Made by a program: the position numbers and the translations under genes
The notes under the pieces: generated by a model
What the model was told of the DNA's origin: nothing
The model's input: the letters and a program-made list of their open reading frames with translations, nothing else
Database searches by the model: none
NCBI GenBank assembly: GCA_003518475.1
Contig: DOYO01000023.1
Span: 11,071-55,236, forward strand
Origin: Acholeplasmataceae bacterium
GTDB lineage: Bacteria; Bacillota_I; Bacilli_A; Acholeplasmatales; Acholeplasmataceae
Length of the DNA stretch: 44,166 nt
Direction: 5' to 3'
Shown: piece by piece, positions 28,175 to 37,608 of the stretch
Numbering within the stretch: position 1 is the stretch's first letter
Layout of the letters: every line of letters begins with the position of its first letter

Positions 28175-28203
28175 TTGCGAAACTTCAAATCTAAGAGTAT
28201 AAT
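28175..28203 (+). promoter_or_regulatory. Sigma-A promoter of the PII-like/antiporter operon
   Basis: TTGCGA-17 nt-TATAAT, followed by RBS AGGAGG. Confidence 0.7.
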
Positions 28204-28229
28204 GAATCGGAATCTACAGGAGGAAATAT

Positions 28230-28568
28230 ATGAAATTAGTACTTTATGTCATGAACAAAACAAATCTTTTGGATAAGTTCTTAAAAGAACTGAATGCAAA
28301 TGGAATCAAGGGAGCTACCATCATTAGCAGCACCGGAATGGGCAGAAAGTTATTTGGCAATGAAGACAGTCCGATGTTTGGCGGATTAAGAACCTTGTTT
28401 GAAGGAACAAGACCTGAATCCAATGTTATCATGATGGTCGTTAAAGATGATGAGCAAGTTCAAACAGTGTATAAGATTATTGATCAAGTAGCTGGAGACT
28501 TGACACAACCCAATTCAGGGATTGCGTTCACCCTTCCAATCGATTCAGTCAAGGGATTCAAGAGCTAG
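28230..28568 (+). CDS. Non-canonical PII-superfamily protein
   Basis: 112 aa; MKLV..., GIKGATIISSTGMG, GIAFTLPIDSVKG follow the PII beta-alpha-beta layout; canonical GlnB/GlnK signature motifs are absent. Confidence 0.75.
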   Translation: MKLVLYVMNKTNLLDKFLKELNANGIKGATIISSTGMGRKLFGNEDSPMFGGLRTLFEGTRPESNVIMMVVKDDEQVQTVYKIIDQVAGDLTQPNSGIAFTLPIDSVKGFKS

Positions 28569-28579
28569 AGGATGTTAAA

Positions 28580-29788
28580 ATGAATATTGATATATTATTA
28601 TATACGGCAATCATTATTGCCACTGGTCTTTTATTTGGCAAAGTTGCCAAATATTTAAGGTTGCCCAATGTCACAGGGTATCTGGTTGGAGGATTACTCA
28701 TCGGACCATCGATTCTAAACCTCATTCCTGAAGAATCCTTATTGAGTTTGGAATTGGTTTCTGCAGTTGCCTTAGGCTTCATCGCTTTCTCTATCGGTAA
28801 TGAAATGAAGATTTCATACTTCAAAAGAGTTGGAGCGACACCAATCATCATCGCTATATTCGAATCATTATTCGCTGTCATCATCACCTTAGGGGCTGTA
28901 ACAGGTTATTTTATGATTCGTGGAACTTTAACTATGGAAAACTTCAGATTCGCCTTGGTGCTCTCTGCGATTGCTGCAGCGACAGCGCCAGCAGCAACCA
29001 TGATGGTCGTAAGACAATACAAGGCTAAGGGAATCTTGACAGAAACCTTATTAAGCGTTGTTGCGATTGATGATGGTGTCGCCATTGTGTTATTTGGCAT
29101 CTTTGTCGCTTTAGCGAATGCTTTGGGTCCTGATGCGGTGAATGTTTCACTCTTCAGACAAATATTGCTTCCTTTTTGGGAAATCTTGTTATCCTTGGGA
29201 ATTGGAGCTTTTCTTGGTTTGCTCTTAGTCTTGGGAGTCAGATGGTTTACCGGAAGGGGGAACAGAATATCCTTAGTCATCACCATGATCTTCTTTACCA
29301 TCTTCTTAGCAGATCATTTCGGAGGTTCAACCCTTCTTGCCTGCATGATGCTTGGCGGAGTATTCGCCAACATCAGTCCTAAATATGAAGAAGTGAACGG
29401 TTTAATCTATTTCGTTACGCCTCCGATCTTCATCATGTTCTTCGTCTTAAGCGGAGCAGAATTAAAACTCAGTGTTTTATCTGCAGTCGGCATCATCGGT
29501 ATCGTATATGTGCTCTTCAGAGTCGTCGGTAAGATCTTTGGGGCATGGTTCGGTTCCCAAGTCACCAAGGTTGATCCAGTCGTTGCCAAATACTTAGGAT
29601 ACGCGCTCATCCCTCAAGCAGGGGTCGCCATCGGGTTATCCTTAATCGCGACTCAAGTCTTAAATGTGGAAATGGGTTCACAGATCAGAGCCATTATCTT
29701 AGCTGGTACATTGATTTATGAATTGATCGGACCAGTCATTACCAAGGTCGCACTAAAGAAAGCTGGAGAAATTTCCTTAACTGCTTAA
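28580..29788 (+). CDS. Cation:proton antiporter (CPA2/Kef-like), membrane domain only
   Basis: LPNVTGYLVGGLLIGP, ATAPA, VAIDD, FFVLSG, RVVGK, PQAGVAIG; no C-terminal KTN/RCK domain. Confidence 0.9.
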   Translation: MNIDILLYTAIIIATGLLFGKVAKYLRLPNVTGYLVGGLLIGPSILNLIPEESLLSLELVSAVALGFIAFSIGNEMKISYFKRVGATPIIIAIFESLFAVIITLGAVTGYFMIRGTLTMENFRFALVLSAIAAATAPAATMMVVRQYKAKGILTETLLSVVAIDDGVAIVLFGIFVALANALGPDAVNVSLFRQILLPFWEILLSLGIGAFLGLLLVLGVRWFTGRGNRISLVITMIFFTIFLADHFGGSTLLACMMLGGVFANISPKYEEVNGLIYFVTPPIFIMFFVLSGAELKLSVLSAVGIIGIVYVLFRVVGKIFGAWFGSQVTKVDPVVAKYLGYALIPQAGVAIGLSLIATQVLNVEMGSQIRAIILAGTLIYELIGPVITKVALKKAGEISLTA

Positions 29789-29804
29789 TAAATCATCAAA
29801 AATG

Positions 29805-29834
29805 AGACTTGAAGTTGACTTCAGGTCTTTTTTT
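29805..29834 (+). terminator. Intrinsic terminator of the antiporter operon
   Basis: AGACTTGAAG-ttga-CTTCAGGTCT followed by a T-run. Confidence 0.8.
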
Positions 29835-29890
29835 ATTCAAAAATTTTTTGATTTTTATTTTTTTATAATTTATAGTTGTCTTGTACAAAG

Positions 29891-29912
29891 AAAAAGAAGA
29901 GGTTTCCCTCTC
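29891..29912 (-). terminator. Intrinsic terminator of the minus-strand GNAT-fold gene
   Basis: Minus strand GAGAGG-GAAA-CCTCTT-CTTTTT directly after the TAG. Confidence 0.7.
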
Positions 29913-31031
29913 CTAAATGGCTTTCTTGTAGCAGCGTCTTCTCTTATGCTCAACGAAATCAAAGTCTTTCCATTGATTTTGGATATGAACGTTCAGTTCA
30001 AGCTCCGGACCGGTTTCCGCATAACGTACGCCATGCTTGATACCAGTTAAGATTCCATCTTCCCACATCAAGGCGATGATGCCGTGACCTTGGTGCTTTG
30101 GATCGACTGCGATGAAGTATAAATCGATGACATCGTATTTCTTTAAGGACTTAAATAGTCTGAAAATGCCAAATGGCAGCAACTTACCGTTATTCTTCTT
30201 ATTCGCTTTCGCAAGGGTAGGCATGATGACGGTAAAACCGACAACATGATCTTCCTTATCCAAGACGAACCATAGGTATTCAAGTTGAATCAAGGTAATC
30301 ATTTGCTTGATGTAATAATCTTGTACCTTCTCGGTGATTGGGAAGAAGCCGTATAATTCATTAAATGCGATATTGTACATGGCGAATGCATCATAGATGT
30401 ATTTGAAGACTTCTTTCTTGGTTGCACACTTGATTAAACGGTATCCATATCTCTTCCTGGCAATTTCAGCGCCGCGTTTAACCTTTTCAGAAACTTCCTT
30501 TGGCCAAAATATTTGTTTTTCTGTCCAGTCAACATCCTTCAAGAAACCTAAGCTTTCCAAATGTTCTTTATAATAAGGGTGATTATAGATGGTGATGAAC
30601 ATATTCAAATGCTCAAAACCTTCGACTAATAGTCCTTGGCGGTCCAAATCGGTAAAACCGATGGGTCCGATCAAGTCTGTCATTCCATGTGCTTTAGACC
30701 ATTCAGTGACTTTATTGATCAAAGCTTTGGTGACTTCAATGTCATCAATCATGTCGATTCTAGAGAATCTTGCAGTTTTGATGTTATATGCTTCATTCCA
30801 TTTATGGTTGATGATGCCTGCGATGCGTCCTACGATTTTCTTTCCATCATAGGCTAAATATCTGATCGCTTCGCAATATTCAAACATCGGGTTGACTTTT
30901 GGATTGAATACGTTTCTTTCATCCATGGATAATGCTGGGACATAAGGTTCAACCTTCTTATAAAGCTTGTTCGGGAATTCGGTAAATCTCCAAGAATCGA
31001 GTTTGGTTTTAACTTCTTTGATTGTGATCAT
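29913..31031 (-). CDS. Tandem GNAT-fold acyltransferase, YghO / bacterial ceramide synthase-like family
   Basis: F..FP..LY....YVP, NP, VGRIA..IN, GP.GFTD.D..GLLVEGF, YNHPYY, ELE.N motifs; RBS AAGAAGGTG favours ATG 31031. Confidence 0.7.
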   Translation of the reverse strand: MITIKEVKTKLDSWRFTEFPNKLYKKVEPYVPALSMDERNVFNPKVNPMFEYCEAIRYLAYDGKKIVGRIAGIINHKWNEAYNIKTARFSRIDMIDDIEVTKALINKVTEWSKAHGMTDLIGPIGFTDLDRQGLLVEGFEHLNMFITIYNHPYYKEHLESLGFLKDVDWTEKQIFWPKEVSEKVKRGAEIARKRYGYRLIKCATKKEVFKYIYDAFAMYNIAFNELYGFFPITEKVQDYYIKQMITLIQLEYLWFVLDKEDHVVGFTVIMPTLAKANKKNNGKLLPFGIFRLFKSLKKYDVIDLYFIAVDPKHQGHGIIALMWEDGILTGIKHGVRYAETGPELELNVHIQNQWKDFDFVEHKRRRCYKKAI

Positions 31032-31176
31032 CAGGTACACCTTCTTTTCATTAATCATATTTTAACTTAATTTTACAAAAAACTCAATGTTTTGCTAAAT
31101 GTCTTTGTCTATATAAAAAATATGTTATAATAAAAAAGGTCAAATCATATTAAATTACCAAATCAAGGAGAACAAA

Positions 31177-32457
31177 ATGAAAGTAGAAAAAGTATCAGCA
31201 AACAAGGTTCGTTACACATTTGATGTCACATCACATGAGTTCGAACATGGACTTGATCATGCGTTCGAGCATGTATCAAAAGATGTAGAAATCAAGGGTT
31301 TTAGAAAAGGCAAAGTGCCAAGAAGCATGTATGAAACAAAATTCGGTGTGGAATCATTATATGAAGAAGCACTTAACCATGTGCTTCATCATAAGTACCA
31401 TGAAGCTCAAAACCATCCTGATTATGAAATCGTCGGACAACCAGAAGTTGAAGTCGATATTCAAAATATCAAAAGAGGCGAAACCTTCACCATCAGCCTA
31501 GTCGCTCCTGTAAAACCAGAGGTCGTCCTGGGACAATACAAAGGTATTGAGGTTAAAGCATTAAAGACTGATGTTTCAGAATCTGAAGTCAATGCAGAAA
31601 TCAAAGCATTACTTTCTACCAATGGAACTTTAGAATTGAAGACTGGCGCATTAGAATTAGGCGACACAGCAATCTTCGATTTTGACGGATATCTAGACGG
31701 TGTGCAGTTCGAAGGCGGAAAAGCTGAAAATTATGAACTAGAAATCGGTTCTAACCAATTCATCCCAGGATTCGAAGAACAAATGGTAGGATTAGTTGCT
31801 GGAGATGCTAAAGACATCAACGTCACTTTCCCAGCAGAATACCAAGCACCTCACTTAGCAGGCAAAGCAGTACAGTTCAAGATCAAACTTCATGAAATCA
31901 AAGCGAAGAAACTTGCTGAACTTAATGATGAATGGGTCAAGTCTTTAAATAAAGAAGGCGTGAACACAATCGCTGAACTTACAGCTTCTACTAGAAAAGA
32001 TTTAGAAGACAAGAAGAAACAAGAAGCGACCAACGTGACTACAGATACCATCATCAATAAGGTTCTTGATGGCGCTACCTTGGACATTCCTCAAGAAATG
32101 ATTGATGAAGAAATCAAGCATTATAAAGAAAGTGTTGAACAGCAAGCGAAGCAATACGGTCTTGAATTCGATATGTTCCTATCCTTATCCGGTGTTACAC
32201 CAGAACAATTCGACGCTCAAGCGAAAGTAGAATCCGCTAAGCGTGTCAGAACGACTTTAGTCATTGAAGCTGTTGCCAAAGCTGAAGGCTTGACAGCAAC
32301 AGAAGAAGAATTAGATGCGAAGTATATCGAACTCTCCGCTAAGTATAATATGCCTGTTGAAGAAGTGAAAAAGTATCTTCCAGCTGCATTATTAGCAAAT
32401 GATGTCGCCATTAATAAAGCATACCAATTTGTATTAGATTCAGCAATCAAAAAATAA
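31177..32457 (+). CDS. tig: Trigger factor
   Basis: GFRKGKVP ribosome-binding signature; FKBP domain FEGGKAENYELEIGSNQFIPGFEEQ. Confidence 0.97.
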   Translation: MKVEKVSANKVRYTFDVTSHEFEHGLDHAFEHVSKDVEIKGFRKGKVPRSMYETKFGVESLYEEALNHVLHHKYHEAQNHPDYEIVGQPEVEVDIQNIKRGETFTISLVAPVKPEVVLGQYKGIEVKALKTDVSESEVNAEIKALLSTNGTLELKTGALELGDTAIFDFDGYLDGVQFEGGKAENYELEIGSNQFIPGFEEQMVGLVAGDAKDINVTFPAEYQAPHLAGKAVQFKIKLHEIKAKKLAELNDEWVKSLNKEGVNTIAELTASTRKDLEDKKKQEATNVTTDTIINKVLDGATLDIPQEMIDEEIKHYKESVEQQAKQYGLEFDMFLSLSGVTPEQFDAQAKVESAKRVRTTLVIEAVAKAEGLTATEEELDAKYIELSAKYNMPVEEVKKYLPAALLANDVAINKAYQFVLDSAIKK

Positions 32458-32458
32458 C

Positions 32459-32485
32459 GAAGGGGACATCGTTCCCTTCTTCTTC
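32459..32485 (+). terminator. Terminator-like hairpin after tig
   Basis: GAAGGGGAC-atc-GTTCCCTTC followed by an interrupted U-tract. Confidence 0.55.
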
Positions 32486-32494
32486 AAAAGATAA

Positions 32495-32521
32495 TTGGCA
32501 CTCAAGTGTATTGATTGCAAA
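32495..32521 (+). promoter_or_regulatory. CIRCE element (HrcA operator) overlapping the lon -35
   Basis: TTGGCACTC-N9-GATTGCAAA versus consensus TTAGCACTC-N9-GAGTGCTAA (3 mismatches); TTGCAA at 32515-20 and TGCTATAAT at 32534-42. Confidence 0.8.
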
Positions 32522-32571
32522 TTCATTTAAATGTGCTATAATAATATTGAAACAAAAAAGGAAGTGAGAAC

Positions 32572-34881
32572 ATGGAATTATCAAAGAGTCTGCCTGCAAT
32601 CGTCGTACGTGGCACCATGCCAATCCCAAATAATGATTTTCGTATTGAAGTCGGACGCAAAGTCTCCCTTAAGGCTGTAGAAGAAGCTGAAAAGAACTTT
32701 GGCGGATATGCTCTAGTCCTCATTCAAAAGAATCCATTGATTGAAGAACCTACTAAAGAAGATATTGAACAGTATGGTACGTTGGTCAAGGTTCAAATGA
32801 AGATTAAGCTGCCAAATGACGCATACAAAGTCAAGCTCACCGTATTATCCAGAATCAAGGTCAAGGAATATTTCATAACCGAACCTTATTTTGTTGCTGA
32901 ATACGATGAAATAGATACAATCGCTGGAAATGTGGATGAAGAAGTGACGCTCGTGAAAATGATCGTGACTGAAGTTGCAGCCAACGCGCAAACCATTTTA
33001 GTACCTAATAACCAGGTCTTAGAAAAGATCCAGCAAGGATTGACTTCTGAAAAGGTCTGCGACCTTGTTATTTTCAGTTTGAAGTCACCCGATCAAACAA
33101 AATACCGTTATCTTGAAGAAGCCAATTTGAACGTTCGTTTACGCATGCTTCTAGAAGATATCAACAAACAAAAAATGATCGTCGATCTCGAACAGAAGAT
33201 CAACGATGAAATCAAGAAGTCCATCGATGAAAATCAAAAGGAATACTATCTTCGTGAAAAGATGCGCGCCATTCAAAATGAGCTCGGAGACAAAGCGAAG
33301 AGAGAAGATGAAATCGACGAGCTCAGAACCAAGATCTTAAAGGCTAAAATGCCTAAAAATATCGAAGAAAAGGCTTTAGTAGAACTTTCTCGCTATTCAA
33401 GCACGCCAGCTGCGATGGCTGAATCCTCCATCATCAAGACATACCTTGATTTATTAGTTGATCTTCCATGGAAGAAAGCTTCCAAGGATAATTATGACTT
33501 GGTCAAGGTCAAGGAAGAATTGGATAAGAACCATTACGGACTTGAAAATGTCAAGGAAAGAATAATCGAGTACCTGGCAGTCAAGATCATGACGAAGAGA
33601 AATCCACAGACCATCCTTTGTCTTTCAGGCCCCCCAGGGGTCGGAAAAACTTCCTTAGCGATTTCGATCGCAAGCGCATTGAACCGTAAGTTCGTTAAAC
33701 AATCTTTAGGCGGAATCAGAGATGAATCCGAAATAAGAGGACATAGAAGAACCTATATCGGGGCAATGCCAGGAAGAATCATCAAGGGCATGAAGGATGC
33801 AGGAACGATCAATCCAGTATTCTTGCTGGATGAAATCGATAAGATGTCATCCGATTATAAGGGAGATCCAGCATCCGCGATGCTTGAAGTACTAGATCCT
33901 GAACAGAATGCTAAGTTCTCCGATCATTACCTTGAAGAACCATATGATTTATCACAAGTATTGTTCATTACGACTGCGAACTATTTGGAAAACGTTCCTG
34001 CACCTCTTAGAGACCGTATGGAAATCGTTGAACTTTCTTCTTATACAGAACAAGAAAAGTTCCAGATCGGAAAGCGTCATTTGATCGCGAAGCAATTGAA
34101 AGCGCATGGGATTACATCCAAAGAATTTTCCATCACCGATGAAACCATCTACTACATCATCCAACACTACACGAGAGAAGCTGGTGTCCGCGAGCTTAAC
34201 CGCTTTATCGGCGCGTTAATCAGAAAAGGAATCAAAGAAATCTTGATGACAAAAAAAGGAAAGATCGATATCACGCTTCAAAATGTTGAAGATTATATCG
34301 GTAAACCTAAATACATGCATAACCTATCCGATGAAAAAGAACAAATCGGTGTCGTTACCGGTTTAGCGTATACCGCTTTCGGGGGAGATACTCTTCCTGT
34401 CGAAGTGACTTACTATAAGGGAAAAGGCATGCTCCTCTTAACAGGCAAGCTCGGTGATGTCATGAAGGAAAGTGCGCAAACCGCATTGTCATTCGTGAAA
34501 TCAAATGCTGTAGCCTTAGGCATCGATGCCGAAATATTCAATAACAATGACTTCCACGTTCACGTTCCTGAAGGCGCCGTTCCAAAAGACGGTCCATCCG
34601 CAGGCATTACCATCGCAACAGCGATCGTATCTGCTGCAACGCACAGATTCGTGAAAAAGGATGTTGGAATGACTGGAGAAATCACGCTTCGAGGCTATGT
34701 GCTTCCGATCGGCGGTTTGAAGGAAAAGTCGATTGCTGCACACAGAAGCGGACTCAAGACCATCTTGATTCCAAAAGATAATGTCCGTGACATTGATGAC
34801 ATTCCAGAAGAAGTCAGAAACGCACTCACGATCATCCCTGTTGAAAATGTGACTGACGTATTCCAATATGCATTGAAATAG
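32572..34881 (+). CDS. lon: ATP-dependent Lon protease
   Basis: [36 protein letters not shown] (catalytic Ser), IGGLKEK. Confidence 0.98.
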   Translation: MELSKSLPAIVVRGTMPIPNNDFRIEVGRKVSLKAVEEAEKNFGGYALVLIQKNPLIEEPTKEDIEQYGTLVKVQMKIKLPNDAYKVKLTVLSRIKVKEYFITEPYFVAEYDEIDTIAGNVDEEVTLVKMIVTEVAANAQTILVPNNQVLEKIQQGLTSEKVCDLVIFSLKSPDQTKYRYLEEANLNVRLRMLLEDINKQKMIVDLEQKINDEIKKSIDENQKEYYLREKMRAIQNELGDKAKREDEIDELRTKILKAKMPKNIEEKALVELSRYSSTPAAMAESSIIKTYLDLLVDLPWKKASKDNYDLVKVKEELDKNHYGLENVKERIIEYLAVKIMTKRNPQTILCLSGPPGVGKTSLAISIASALNRKFVKQSLGGIRDESEIRGHRRTYIGAMPGRIIKGMKDAGTINPVFLLDEIDKMSSDYKGDPASAMLEVLDPEQNAKFSDHYLEEPYDLSQVLFITTANYLENVPAPLRDRMEIVELSSYTEQEKFQIGKRHLIAKQLKAHGITSKEFSITDETIYYIIQHYTREAGVRELNRFIGALIRKGIKEILMTKKGKIDITLQNVEDYIGKPKYMHNLSDEKEQIGVVTGLAYTAFGGDTLPVEVTYYKGKGMLLLTGKLGDVMKESAQTALSFVKSNAVALGIDAEIFNNNDFHVHVPEGAVPKDGPSAGITIATAIVSAATHRFVKKDVGMTGEITLRGYVLPIGGLKEKSIAAHRSGLKTILIPKDNVRDIDDIPEEVRNALTIIPVENVTDVFQYALK

Positions 34882-34890
34882 TTTATAATG

Positions 34891-34916
34891 AAAGTAGTCT
34901 TAGGGACTACTTTTTT
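34891..34916 (+). terminator. Terminator-like hairpin between lon and engB
   Basis: AAAGTAGTC-ttagg-GACTACTTT-TTT. Confidence 0.65.
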
Positions 34917-34928
34917 CATAGAAAAGGA

Positions 34929-35516
34929 ATGAAACCATTGATTAAAGAAGCAATTTATATTAAAAGTCTGACAGATTTAAAGGATGAACCGGAAAAGAAA
35001 CCACAGATTCTATTATTAGGCAGAAGCAATGTCGGTAAAAGTTCTTTTATCAACAGCTTGACACATAGAAAAAATCTAGCTAGAGTATCAAATACGCCAG
35101 GGAAGACAATCGCCCTGAATTTTTATCTATTGAATCAATCCTTTTACCTGGTGGATGCACCTGGTTACGGATATGCGAAGCGATCCAAGACAGCAAAGGA
35201 TCAATTCATCATCATGCTGGAAAACTATTTATTGCATGCGACAGAATTGAAATTGGTTTGCCAATTGATTGATTTCAAGGTCGGACCGACCAAAGCGGAT
35301 TTGGAAACCTTGGCATGGCTCAAGGAAATGCAGGTCGATATCATGATTGTTGCGACGAAGAAGGATAAGATCAATAATACGCATCAATTCAAGCAGGAAC
35401 AGGAAATCAAGAAATTATTGGGAAATCCTAAAGCATTTTACGCGATTTCCAATGTTACGAAAGAAAATATCGAGAAGATTGAGGAAATATTCTTAAATAA
35501 AGTCATGGGGGTGTGA
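34929..35516 (+). CDS. engB: Ribosome biogenesis GTPase YsxC/EngB
   Basis: GRSNVGKSS, PGKT, DAPGYG, TKKDK; follows lon. Confidence 0.95.
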   Translation: MKPLIKEAIYIKSLTDLKDEPEKKPQILLLGRSNVGKSSFINSLTHRKNLARVSNTPGKTIALNFYLLNQSFYLVDAPGYGYAKRSKTAKDQFIIMLENYLLHATELKLVCQLIDFKVGPTKADLETLAWLKEMQVDIMIVATKKDKINNTHQFKQEQEIKKLLGNPKAFYAISNVTKENIEKIEEIFLNKVMGV

Positions 35517-36370
35517 TGATGAATAAAGTATTGATTATGACCGATTCAACAGCGGATTTAAGCAAGGATTTCAGAGAGTCTTATAATATCTTATCCATAC
35601 CCTTGTATGTCAGATTCGATGATGAGATTTACTTGGATGGTGTCGATCTGACCCCGGAAGAGCTTTATCATAAAGTGACTGAAAAAAACATGATGCCAAA
35701 GACTTCTGCCGTGTCTCCTGGAGATTTCATCTCATTTTTTAGCAAGTATTTGACGGATGGCTATGATTTGGTTTATATCGGAATCGGCGCGAAGCTATCG
35801 GCGACGCATCAATCAGCGCTTCTTGCCAAGGATGATGTCAATTCTGAAAGAATCCACATCATCGATTCTAAAAACCTGTCATCCGGGATCGCCTTATTGG
35901 TATTAAAGGCATGCGACTTAAGAAATCAAGGCAAGTCAGCAGTTGAAATCAAAGATGAAATCGAAAGAATCATTCCCAATGTCAGAAGCCAGTTCGCCAT
36001 TCAAACCTTGGATTATCTCCATAAAGGCGGACGTGCAAGTGGAACCGCGAAGCTCGTCGGTACAATTTTGGGCATAAAGCCGATCATCAAGGTCAAAAAC
36101 GGCTCACTTGATATCTATAAAAAGCCTGTCGGAAAGATGTCAAGAGCTTTGGATATCATGCTGGAAGATTATTTCAAGGAAGGTGAGAACCTGGATTTGG
36201 ATTATGTCATGATCACCCACAGTTTGGCGAACAAGCAAGCGATCTATATGATTGAAAAGATTAAAGAAAAAACGAAACCATTGCATATCATCGAATCTAA
36301 AGCCGGCTGTGTGATTTCTTCACATTGCGGCGCTGGAACAATCGGTTTACTTTATATTGTAAAACAATAA
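35513..36370 (+). CDS. DegV family fatty-acid binding protein
   Basis: TDSTAD, PKTS, LSATHQSA, IDSKNLS, YLHKGGR, IKPII, HCG. Confidence 0.92.
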   Translation: MMMNKVLIMTDSTADLSKDFRESYNILSIPLYVRFDDEIYLDGVDLTPEELYHKVTEKNMMPKTSAVSPGDFISFFSKYLTDGYDLVYIGIGAKLSATHQSALLAKDDVNSERIHIIDSKNLSSGIALLVLKACDLRNQGKSAVEIKDEIERIIPNVRSQFAIQTLDYLHKGGRASGTAKLVGTILGIKPIIKVKNGSLDIYKKPVGKMSRALDIMLEDYFKEGENLDLDYVMITHSLANKQAIYMIEKIKEKTKPLHIIESKAGCVISSHCGAGTIGLLYIVKQ

Positions 36371-36393
36371 CACTATAGAAAAGGACTTATATC

Positions 36394-36690
36394 ATGAAAA
36401 AAATATTGACTTTACTCGTTATGTTAATGATAGGACTAAATCTTGCAGCATGCACGGGTTTAGAATCCAGTGATGGACCTTATACGATTACCTTTGATTC
36501 GCAAGGCGGTAGTTTTATTGAACCTTTGGAATTTGAAGCGCTAAAAATCGGATTGCCTGATGAAGTTCCAACCAAAGATGGCTATATATTTCAAGGATGG
36601 TATTTAGATCCTGAAGGGCTATATCCGATGGCGTTTAACGCAGGATTAGTCTCTAATTTGACAGTCTATGCGAAATGGATTCCAGAGTAA
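36394..36690 (+). CDS. Small lipoprotein with a single InlB B-repeat
   Basis: Lipobox LAA-C; ITFDSQGGS...PTKDGYIFQGWY...TVYAKW. Confidence 0.85.
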   Translation: MKKILTLLVMLMIGLNLAACTGLESSDGPYTITFDSQGGSFIEPLEFEALKIGLPDEVPTKDGYIFQGWYLDPEGLYPMAFNAGLVSNLTVYAKWIPE

Positions 36691-36723
36691 TCCATGATTA
36701 AGTTATAACATACACCAATGATT

Positions 36724-36756
36724 GAGGGAGAGCGAATCAGCTTTCCCTCTTCTTTT
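36724..36756 (+). terminator. Intrinsic terminator
   Basis: GAGGGAGAGC-gaatca-GCTTTCCCTC-TTCTTTT. Confidence 0.75.
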
Positions 36757-36817
36757 ATTCATGCAATCCAGATTAATTCTTTACATTTTTAAATTCTTAT
36801 GTTATCATTAATTTAGT

Positions 36818-37049
36818 AGCAAAGAAGAGGAAGAGTAGTGCTTATCCCTAGTTCTAGAGACAGATTGAAATGGTGAAAAATCTGACAGGAAAGCATGAAG
36901 GTAGCCTTGGAGCTGATGGAATGAACAAATAAGTAGTTTCATCCGTAAAACCCGCGTTAAGGGTATTAAGCGCCAGATTCTTAAAATCTGGAATTAAGGT
37001 GGTACCACGGATAACTTCGCCCTTAGACATTGTTCTAAGCGCTTTTTTT
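36818..37049 (+). ncRNA. Valine-specific transcriptional T-box riboswitch
   Basis: AGTA, AGAGA and GGTGAAA stem I motifs; specifier GTA (Val) at 36901-36903; T-box AAGGTGGTACCACGG at 36996-37010; terminator CTTAGA/TCTAAG with U-run; lies upstream of valS. Confidence 0.92.
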
Positions 37050-37071
37050 ATTTAAAATGAGAGGTATGCAT

Positions 37072-37608
37072 GTGAAAACATTAGAAACAGAACGACTGAT
37101 CTTAAGAGAACTCAATCTAGATGATCTTGAATCATTCTATGAGTATGCTAAAAAACCGAATATAGGACCCAGTGCCGGCTGGCATCCCCACCAATCCATC
37201 GATGAGAGCTTAAAAATCCTCAAGATGATGATCCATGAGGATGAAGTCTGGTGCATCACCTTGAAATCAAACAAACATATGATCGGCACAATCGGACTTC
37301 ATGTGAGAAACTTCGATAACGCGATGGCCAACCGGAAGGAAATCGGATATGTGTTAGACGATACCTATTGGGGTCAGGGATTGATGGTCGAAGCGGTCAA
37401 TGCTGTTTTACTGTATGCATTTTATGATGTGGAACTCGATGAAGTGGTGTGCGGACATATGGTTTCAAATATCCAATCGCGCAGGGTGATTGAAAAGACA
37501 GGTTTTATCTATACCCATGAAGAAGACAGAGACCATTTTGACGGCACCAAAGTGCCGATCAAGATGTATAAAATTAAAAAAAATGATTATGTAGGAGAAA
37601 AAAGATGA
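37072..37608 (+). CDS. RimJ/RimL-family GNAT N-acetyltransferase
   Basis: LETERLILR, EIGY.L...YWGQGLM.EA, N..S.RVIEKTGF; RBS GAGAGGT favours GTG 37072 (track start 37057). Confidence 0.88.
   Translation: MKTLETERLILRELNLDDLESFYEYAKKPNIGPSAGWHPHQSIDESLKILKMMIHEDEVWCITLKSNKHMIGTIGLHVRNFDNAMANRKEIGYVLDDTYWGQGLMVEAVNAVLLYAFYDVELDEVVCGHMVSNIQSRRVIEKTGFIYTHEEDRDHFDGTKVPIKMYKIKKNDYVGEKR

Noticed and set aside
36969-36992. AGCGCCAG resembling the start of a glmS ribozyme
   Set aside because: It lies in the T-box stem III region (CCAGATT/AATCTGG hairpin), lacks the downstream GACGAGG core and is far from glmS.
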